Made by a program: the position numbers and the translations under genes. From the NCBI GenBank assembly GCA_963664295.1, contig OY760935.1:640001-704000 (forward strand): DNA of 64,000 bases. Reading direction: 5' to 3'. This DNA is from Candidatus Altimarinota bacterium. GTDB lineage: Bacteria > Patescibacteriota > Gracilibacteria > CAIRYL01 > GCA-016699755. The notes below the pieces were generated by a model. It was not told where the DNA came from, did no database searches, and worked only from the letters and a program-made list of their open reading frames with translations. Below, piece after piece: positions 57,222 to 64,000 of this stretch. Positions within the stretch are counted from its first letter, which is position 1, and each line of letters starts with the position of its first letter.

Positions 57222-58091
57222 TCAAACTGCCTTTTTCCAAATTTTCACATTCCTTTTAATTAAAAAAGCGTGAGAAAGAAACAAAAATCCAGCCATCAAT
57301 ATTGGAACAACCAAAAAAGTCAAAGAATGGCCAAAAACCTCAATTTCTATCAAAAGATTAAAAACTGTATGCAGAATTATTGCCATTAAAAGCGCCTCTG
57401 CTACTAACTCTCTTTTTTCATGACCTTCTGGAGAAGGTTCGCCTTTAAGAATGTGCTGAAAAATAATATGAAACCTAATTGTTTCCCAAAATTTATGGAA
57501 AACTTTCTTAACAGAAACAGTATGATGAGGGGTAATTTTCATAGACAAAAAGGCATAACCCCAAAAAAGACCAAAAACACCGGAAAAAATAGTGTGTCCC
57601 ATCATAGTGCCAAAACTTCTAAAAGCAAAAATTGGCCAAAAAGATTGGCTGATGCCATTTGTTATTAAAGCTTCAAAAAAATAAAAAATATTCTCCATAA
57701 AAGCAAAACCAAGCGCAGCAGAAACAGAATAAATAACTCCATCTACTATTTGATTAAACTCTATTTTTAAGCGACTACCTAGCTCTAAAACTGCTATGTG
57801 TTTTAATCCTTCCTCCAAAACCGCCAACAAAAAAGTTGCTACCACAACAGAAATATAAAAAGTTTTGCCTGCAAAAGTATTCCAAAATTCCATTAAATTT
57901 GGCGAATGATTAAGCACATGACCAATTCCCAAGATTGGCAAAATAGCCAAACAGCCATAAATAAAACTGCGTGCAATCATTTTTTTTGGTTCTGGCTCTT
58001 TTGAGTCTTTTTTGTACCACAAAACAAGCCACAATAAAGCTGGCGCAAGAGCAAAGAAAAAAGCCAAAAAATGAATTAAATAATCTTTCAT
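57222..58091 (-). CDS. prsW: PrsW family intramembrane metalloprotease
   Basis: EPEP, EEGLK, GFAFMEN, H..FSG, LHTVFN. Confidence 0.88.
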   Translation of the reverse strand: MKDYLIHFLAFFFALAPALLWLVLWYKKDSKEPEPKKMIARSFIYGCLAILPILGIGHVLNHSPNLMEFWNTFAGKTFYISVVVATFLLAVLEEGLKHIAVLELGSRLKIEFNQIVDGVIYSVSAALGFAFMENIFYFFEALITNGISQSFWPIFAFRSFGTMMGHTIFSGVFGLFWGYAFLSMKITPHHTVSVKKVFHKFWETIRFHIIFQHILKGEPSPEGHEKRELVAEALLMAIILHTVFNLLIEIEVFGHSLTFLVVPILMAGFLFLSHAFLIKRNVKIWKKAV

Positions 58092-58142
58092 CTTATTATG
58101 ATAGCATTTTTCGCTTAATAAAGCGAGAAAAAGCCTATAATT

Positions 58143-59621
58143 TTATTTAGTTTTGTAGATATTTTTAATTTTAAAAGCTTTTTTTCTAATTAAAAAATAA
58201 ACACCAATTAGGGCTACAATAAGAGCAATTATGATAAAATAAATTTCCAAGTCAGTTGGATAAACCATAATTTCTATTATTCTTTCTCTGCTTTCGTCTT
58301 TTATGTCTGTGACTTTTAAAATAATCTTATTTTTACCTATTTTTCTGAGTTTCTGCTCAAAAATTGCTTCTGTTTTTACTTCATCACCTGGAAATTGCCA
58401 TAAAAACTCTAATTCTCCTCCCTCTGGGTCACGTGAGCCACCAGCATTAAAAGAAATAATATCATTTTTTTGCACCGAAGTATCAGAAATAAGTAACATA
58501 ATTTCTGGCCCTTTGTTTTTATCGTTTGGATCAGCATTATCACCTAGCCCATCATTATCTGAATCTTGTGATTCGTTTTTATCAAGAGGAAAAGCATCTT
58601 CGCCGTCTATTACGCCGTCTTTATCTGTGTCTTGTTTGAGTGGGTTTGTGCCTATTGCCAATTCTTTTTCATCTTCCAATTTATCATTATCGTCGTCTTT
58701 GTCTGCGTTATCCCCTATGCCGTCTTTGTCTTTGTCTTCCCATTCTGTTGCATCAAGCGGAAAAACATCTTTTTTGTCTTTAATCCCATCATTATCGTCA
58801 TCATCATCTTCATTGTTATCTATTCCATCTCCATCTGTATCAAAGCCTTTTTTGTTATCTAAAGGAAAATCATCTTCACTGTCTATTATTCCATCTTCAT
58901 CTGTGTCTGCCTTTAGAGGATCTGTGCCTTTTAATTTTTCTCCTTCATCAGAAACACCATCATTATCATCGTCTTGATCTTCGTTATTGCCTATTCCATC
59001 GTTATCTGAGTCTTCTGTTTCATTGGGATTATTTGGAAAAGCATCGATGAGGTCAGGAACCGTATCATTATCGTCATCTTCGTCTTTGTTGTCACCTTCT
59101 CCGTCATTATCAGAATCCTGCCATTCCGCAGGATTTAATGGAAATTTGTCTTCACCATCATTCACACCATCACCATCATCGTCATTATCTTTGCGGTTAG
59201 GCACGCCATCAGCATCTGTGTCTAAATCCACATAATAATTTATTATTATTTTATTATTAATTGTGTTGTCCCCTACTTCTTCCCAAGGAATTATTTTTAC
59301 TGCCAACGTGTGTTCACCCTCCACGCTTGGCATAAAATCAACAAAAACATCACCACTGGAATTACCAAGAGCAGTAATAGACTGATCACCGCCAACAAAA
59401 ACTCCTTCTGTTTCATCAAAAACCTTAACAACACCTTTAAGTGGCTCACTAGAGCTATTATTTACTTTTACAAAAATTCTTAAATTTTGACCCAAAATAG
59501 GATCAATTGGAGAAAAAGTAATAGATTGTGTGCTCACACTTAAATCAGCAGAGCAAAAACAAGTTCCAACTAAAAAAAATAGGAAAAAAGAAATTATTTT
59601 AAAAATTTTTTGTTTATACAT
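58143..59621 (-). CDS. Surface protein: CARDB/Ig-like + thrombospondin type-3 repeats + PKD + C-terminal anchor
   Basis: Signal peptide; repeated D.D.DG..D..D.FP.D; F.A..S.DP.G..L.F.W.F; terminal TM with basic tail. Confidence 0.85.
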   Translation of the reverse strand: MYKQKIFKIISFFLFFLVGTCFCSADLSVSTQSITFSPIDPILGQNLRIFVKVNNSSSEPLKGVVKVFDETEGVFVGGDQSITALGNSSGDVFVDFMPSVEGEHTLAVKIIPWEEVGDNTINNKIIINYYVDLDTDADGVPNRKDNDDDGDGVNDGEDKFPLNPAEWQDSDNDGEGDNKDEDDDNDTVPDLIDAFPNNPNETEDSDNDGIGNNEDQDDDNDGVSDEGEKLKGTDPLKADTDEDGIIDSEDDFPLDNKKGFDTDGDGIDNNEDDDDDNDGIKDKKDVFPLDATEWEDKDKDGIGDNADKDDDNDKLEDEKELAIGTNPLKQDTDKDGVIDGEDAFPLDKNESQDSDNDGLGDNADPNDKNKGPEIMLLISDTSVQKNDIISFNAGGSRDPEGGELEFLWQFPGDEVKTEAIFEQKLRKIGKNKIILKVTDIKDESRERIIEIMVYPTDLEIYFIIIALIVALIGVYFLIRKKAFKIKNIYKTK

Positions 59622-59627
59622 ACCTAA

Positions 59628-59659
59628 AATTTGCCAAAATAAAGCTCTAATGTCAAAAT
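59628..59659. promoter_or_regulatory. Overlapping divergent sigma70-type promoters
   Basis: Plus: TTGCCA-17-CAAAAT-7 nt-ATG(59667); minus: TTGACA-17-CAAATT-6 nt-ATG(59621). Confidence 0.55.
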
Positions 59660-59666
59660 TAAAACA

Positions 59667-60557
59667 ATGGATAAATTAAATAAATTTAAAAAAATCAAAG
59701 CAGGAATTTTTTCAATTCTTACTGCCTTATTTCTAGCTTGTTTTAAGATTGTGGTTTTTGCTCTTTCTGGCTCTGTGGCTATTTTAGCTAGTGCACTTGA
59801 TTCTGTTTTGGATATGTTTGTTTCTACTATCAACCTTGTTGCCATTCGTGAAGCAGAAAAACCACCCGACAAAGACCACTCTTATGGTCATGGCAAAATT
59901 GAAGCTGTGGCTGGATTTTTTCAATCTATTTTGATTTTTGGCTCTGGTGTTTATCTTTTTTATGAATCTTTTTTGCTTCTAATCAATCCTCAGCCAATAG
60001 TTCATTCTTCTTACGGAATTTTAGTAATGATTGTTGCTATTTTTGCTACCTATTTTCTTTCTAGATATCTCCATAAAACAGCAAAAGAAACTAATTCACT
60101 TGTTCTTCATTCAGACAGGCTTCATTTCATTACTGATCTTTGGCGTGATTTAGCTGTTATTATTTCTTTAGTAATTATTTATTTTTTTAATTTCTACAGA
60201 CTAGACAGTATTATTGGCTTAATGATTTCTTTTTATATTGCTATTTCTTCTTTAAAAATTTTTAAAGAATCTTTTGATATTCTCACAGACCGAGAGCTTA
60301 ATAGTATTTTTCGACAAACAATTATTCAAGAAATCAACAATTTTTATCCAGAAATTAAAAGTTTTCATGGGCTCAAAACCAGAAAATCTGGTAATGAAAA
60401 ATTTGTGGACTTTGATTTGGTTTTTAATGAGGATATTTCACTCAAAAAAGCTCATGAAATAGCAGAAAAACTAACTCAAAAAATAAAAAATAAAATAGAT
60501 AACATCAAAGTAATGATCCACTTTGACACTTATGACGACAGCAAAAAAGATGATTAA
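59667..60557 (+). CDS. Cation diffusion facilitator (FieF-like)
   Basis: SALDSVLD, PPD.DHSYGHGKIE, H..TD, LKKAHEIA. Confidence 0.9.
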   Translation: MDKLNKFKKIKAGIFSILTALFLACFKIVVFALSGSVAILASALDSVLDMFVSTINLVAIREAEKPPDKDHSYGHGKIEAVAGFFQSILIFGSGVYLFYESFLLLINPQPIVHSSYGILVMIVAIFATYFLSRYLHKTAKETNSLVLHSDRLHFITDLWRDLAVIISLVIIYFFNFYRLDSIIGLMISFYIAISSLKIFKESFDILTDRELNSIFRQTIIQEINNFYPEIKSFHGLKTRKSGNEKFVDFDLVFNEDISLKKAHEIAEKLTQKIKNKIDNIKVMIHFDTYDDSKKDD

Positions 60558-61738
60558 CTAAAGGCTTTTTTGATTTTTTCCATAGCTTTTTCGCAAGTTT
60601 CTTCATCAGGAACAAGTGCAAAACGCACGTATCTACTGCCAGGATTTATACCATCAATGGTACTAGAAATCCACTCTCCAGGAGTGACAATAACGCCAAT
60701 TTCCGGAGCAAGAAGAGCTTTTGCAAAATCCACAGAATTTTCATAATTATCTGGTATTTTCTGCCAAAAATAAAAAGTGCTTTCTGGCGAACAATCTTTC
60801 CAGCCAATAGAAGAAAAGGTGTCTTTTAAAATTTTTCTTCTATTTCTATATTTTTCACGCATTTCTGCTACATGATTTTCGTCTTCGAGTGCGGATATTC
60901 CTGCATCTTGAACAAAAGTTGGTGTACCAGAATCCACATTAGTTTTTACTTTTTTAAAAGCAGTAATAATATCTGCATTACCAGCAACCCAGCCAACTCT
61001 GTAGCAAGTCATATTTGATCTTTTGGAAAGAGAATGAAAAGTCACAACAGGGTCATTTTTTTCACAATATTCCAAAATAGAATGTGGCTTATCTTCTTCA
61101 TTAAAATAAATCTCTGTATAACACTCATCGCTAGCAATAATCACATCGTATTTTTTGCCAAATTCAATTGCTTTTCTAAAAAATTCTTCAGTAGCCTGCA
61201 CTCCGCAAGGATTAGAAGGATAATTAATCCACATTATTTTCGCTCTTTTTGCTGTTTCTTCTGGTATTGAATCAATATCCATTAAAAAATTATTTTCTTC
61301 CAAAAGAGGTAAAAAATAATTTTCTCCACCAGCAAACAAAGTCCCTCTTTCATAAGGCGGATAGCCAGGGTTAGGACTAATCACTACGTCACCTTCGTTA
61401 AGATAAGCTAATGGAAAATGAAAAACAGCTTCTTTTGAACCAATACTTGAAGTTATTTCTGTTTCTGGATTAAGCTCAACTCCAAAACGATTTTTTGTCC
61501 AATTAGCAATGGTTTGCAAAAATTTCTTATCACCAGCATAAGACGGATAACCAGCAGACTTGCGATCATCTACTGCTTTTTTGCAAGCAGAGCGAATAAT
61601 CTCCGGAGTAGGATCAATAGGATCACCAACACCAAAGTCAATTGGCTCAATTCCTTGTTCTTTTAATTTTTGCACCTTCTGATTAACTTCATCAAAAGCA
61701 TAAAAACCAAGACTGTTTAGCTTTGAGGATACTTCCAT
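60554..61738 (-). CDS. Class I/II PLP aminotransferase, LL-diaminopimelate aminotransferase-like
   Basis: FGVGDP, GSKEA, NYPSNP, DECY, SLSKRSNMT..RVG, NVDSG. Confidence 0.8.
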   Translation of the reverse strand: MEVSSKLNSLGFYAFDEVNQKVQKLKEQGIEPIDFGVGDPIDPTPEIIRSACKKAVDDRKSAGYPSYAGDKKFLQTIANWTKNRFGVELNPETEITSSIGSKEAVFHFPLAYLNEGDVVISPNPGYPPYERGTLFAGGENYFLPLLEENNFLMDIDSIPEETAKRAKIMWINYPSNPCGVQATEEFFRKAIEFGKKYDVIIASDECYTEIYFNEEDKPHSILEYCEKNDPVVTFHSLSKRSNMTCYRVGWVAGNADIITAFKKVKTNVDSGTPTFVQDAGISALEDENHVAEMREKYRNRRKILKDTFSSIGWKDCSPESTFYFWQKIPDNYENSVDFAKALLAPEIGVIVTPGEWISSTIDGINPGSRYVRFALVPDEETCEKAMEKIKKAFS

Positions 61739-61755
61739 TTTACTGTAATAAAAAT

Positions 61756-63648
61756 TTAAAGACCCCAGAATTTTACAATCAAAAGAGTGCTAATTACAAC
61801 CAATATTATACTCAAAGGAGCACCAACTTTGAAAAAATCTTTAAATTTATAATTACCAGCACTAAAAATCATTGCATTTGTCTGATAGCCCACAGGGGTT
61901 AAAAAAGTCATCGAAGAAGCAAAAATAACCGCAAGAACAAAAGAAAAGGGATTTAGTTCTAACTTTTCTGCAACAGAAAGAGCAATAGGAATAAGCAAAA
62001 TAACCGAAGCATTATTGGAAATAATTGAGGTTAAAAAGAGAGTAAAAAGAGAAAAAATACCCAAAATAAAAATAGGTGGTAAAAAATTAGCTAAAAATAA
62101 AATAATTTTTGCCACTTCTTCTGCGGCGCCACTCTTTTCAAGAGCAATTCCCAAGGGTATAACACCAGCTAAAACAAAAATAATATTCCAATTAACATTG
62201 GTACGAAAGCTTTTAAAATCAAGACAATTAGCAAAAATCATCAACAAAACGCCAGTTAGCGAAGAAACCATAATTGGCATAATTCTTAAGGCAGAAACAA
62301 TAACAACACCAATAACAATAGCCATTGCTGTCCACATTTTTTCAGTATTAAATTCTTTTTCTACAGTTTCTAAAACAACAAAATCATTGGAATTTTGTAT
62401 CTCTGTCAAAGTTTGCTTATTTGTTTTTATTAAAATAATTTCTCCTGTTTTAAGGGGCATATTACTAAGCCTTTTTTCACTCACGTCATCTCTTTGTATG
62501 CCTACCACTGTTGCATTAAATTTTTTCCAAAAATTTATTGCTGAAAGTGATTTTTGGTGAAACATAGTTGAAGATCTAACAACTACTTTGACTATTTGAC
62601 CTGTGCCAGCAGGAAAGCGCTTTTTTGTTTCATCAAAATCAAGAAGAAGTTTAATTCCATCTTTGCTGTTTTTATCTAAATCAAATATTCTTTGTTCATC
62701 AGCTTTGATTAAGACAATATCTCCCTCTTCTAAGGGCATATTTTCACAATCTTTCACAAAAGAATTATCACCTCTAATTAACTTTATTACTTTAAGTTCA
62801 TTTTTTTCTAAAAAACCTGATTTTTTTAAGCTTTTTTTAATCAATTTTGATCCTTTTTCAATAATAATTTCTGCTAAAAAATCATTTTCAATTTCATTTT
62901 CTTCATTATTTTTTTCTGCTCCGCTATAAGGCAACAAAAACCTGCCAAAAAACACAAAAAAGGCAATAGTTGCCAAAAGCATGATTATACCTAAGTTAGT
63001 AAACTCAAACATTTCTATTGCCGGAAAGCCAGAGCTTTCCAAGATGCTACTTGCCAAAATATTAGTTGAATTACCAATCAAGGTTAATGTGCCACCAGAC
63101 ATAGCAACAAAAGAAAGTGGTATCAACAAGCGACCTGATGGAATTTTTGATCTTTTTGCAAGATCTAAGACCATAGGCAACATAATAGCCACCAAAGCGG
63201 TATTGTTTACAAATGCAGACATGGGCCCAACTATCATAGAAATAGCCAAAATCTGTTTTAGCTCGTTATTGCCTGCAAAAGAAAAAATATGTCGACCAAG
63301 AATATGAATTATGCCTGTTTTTTGGATACCAGCAGACAAAATAAACATAGCCATAACTGTTATTGTGGCTGAATTGGAAAATCCAGAAACACCCTCTGTT
63401 GGAGTCACTATATTAAAAATCATCAAAACCACCATAATCAAAAAAGCTGTCAACTCGATTGGCAGTTTTTCAGTTGTAAATAAGTACAAAGCACCAACAA
63501 TAATTACAAAAACACGAAAAATATCGCCACAATTGATTAAGGTAAAAAGCAACAAAGCAATCCCTATGGTTATTAAAACTAATCTTATTTCTTTTTTGTG
63601 CTTTGAGGGCTTTTTAATTATAGAAGCCAACGATGTCATGAATGACAT
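61756..63648 (-). CDS. SLC13/DASS family permease with TrkA-C domains
   Basis: SAFVNNT, GGTLTLIG, ISNNA, TPVGYQTN; central soluble RCK-C region. Confidence 0.9.
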   Translation of the reverse strand: MSFMTSLASIIKKPSKHKKEIRLVLITIGIALLLFTLINCGDIFRVFVIIVGALYLFTTEKLPIELTAFLIMVVLMIFNIVTPTEGVSGFSNSATITVMAMFILSAGIQKTGIIHILGRHIFSFAGNNELKQILAISMIVGPMSAFVNNTALVAIMLPMVLDLAKRSKIPSGRLLIPLSFVAMSGGTLTLIGNSTNILASSILESSGFPAIEMFEFTNLGIIMLLATIAFFVFFGRFLLPYSGAEKNNEENEIENDFLAEIIIEKGSKLIKKSLKKSGFLEKNELKVIKLIRGDNSFVKDCENMPLEEGDIVLIKADEQRIFDLDKNSKDGIKLLLDFDETKKRFPAGTGQIVKVVVRSSTMFHQKSLSAINFWKKFNATVVGIQRDDVSEKRLSNMPLKTGEIILIKTNKQTLTEIQNSNDFVVLETVEKEFNTEKMWTAMAIVIGVVIVSALRIMPIMVSSLTGVLLMIFANCLDFKSFRTNVNWNIIFVLAGVIPLGIALEKSGAAEEVAKIILFLANFLPPIFILGIFSLFTLFLTSIISNNASVILLIPIALSVAEKLELNPFSFVLAVIFASSMTFLTPVGYQTNAMIFSAGNYKFKDFFKVGAPLSIILVVISTLLIVKFWGL

Positions 63649-63769
63649 ATTCTTTGGATAAATTCCTCAAGCTATTTTCTCATAATCAAAAACAAAAGCA
63701 ACTAAGCTGACTTGCTAATAATTGAGATTTTTGGCAAAAAATGTTAAAATTAAATAAATTAAAAAACAA

Positions 63770-64000
63770 ATGATAGAAAAATTAACAGAAGTACAAGAGA
63801 CTGTTTTCTCGTCTTCAAGCGAATCAATAGGTCAAATAGTTTATCTTTGGCCAACTGTCCTAGCTGCAATTGGCGTTCTGGTTTTAGGCTGGCTTCTGTC
63901 ATATTTGGTAGGTAAATTTTTTGTTAAATTAGGCGAAAAAGCTCGTTTAAATTATGTTTTGGACAAAATTGGTTTTAGTAATTTATTAAAAAAAGCAAAA
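63770..64000 (+). CDS. Membrane protein, 5' part only (TM-helix/CmpX-like mechanosensitive channel family possible)
   Basis: Manual translation MIEKLTEV...WPTVLAAIGVLVLGWLLS...LDKIGF, open to window end. Confidence 0.6.
   Translation, partial: MIEKLTEVQETVFSSSSESIGQIVYLWPTVLAAIGVLVLGWLLSYLVGKFFVKLGEKARLNYVLDKIGFSNLLKKAK

Noticed and set aside
58303-59235. Ser-rich plus-strand ORFs
   Set aside because: Antisense shadows of Asp-rich TSP3 repeats; the same applies to other short ORFs nested in long genes.

Overview
AT-rich bacterial chromosomal window that reads cleanly in the standard genetic code; TGA is used as a stop. Gene content and style suggest a Patescibacteria/CPR genome, probably Peregrinibacteria-like (inference from DUF4012-like, RNHCP, NIF3-like and PrsW genes, absence of Shine-Dalgarno motifs, abutting genes and giant acidic orphan proteins). 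Most of the window is housekeeping or metabolic: murL, ychF, jag, ilvBNC, nrnA, pbpC, tig, rel, infB, pyrH-frr-rseP, nadM, purM, dprA, ilvE, dnaA, trxB, serS, pyrBC, yidC, lspA, ugd and a dapL-like aminotransferase. The most unusual part is 7.1-25.2 kb. It holds two operons of large orphan proteins behind near-identical promoters. One of these proteins (1809 aa) ends in a young array of 24-aa leucine-rich repeats diversified almost only at the predicted binding-face residues. Mosaic arrays of TGTC-tagged palindromic (REP-like) elements lie next to both operons and at 53.1 kb. No rRNA, tRNA, CRISPR array, transposase or reverse transcriptase was recognised. All family assignments come from motif recognition, not database searches.
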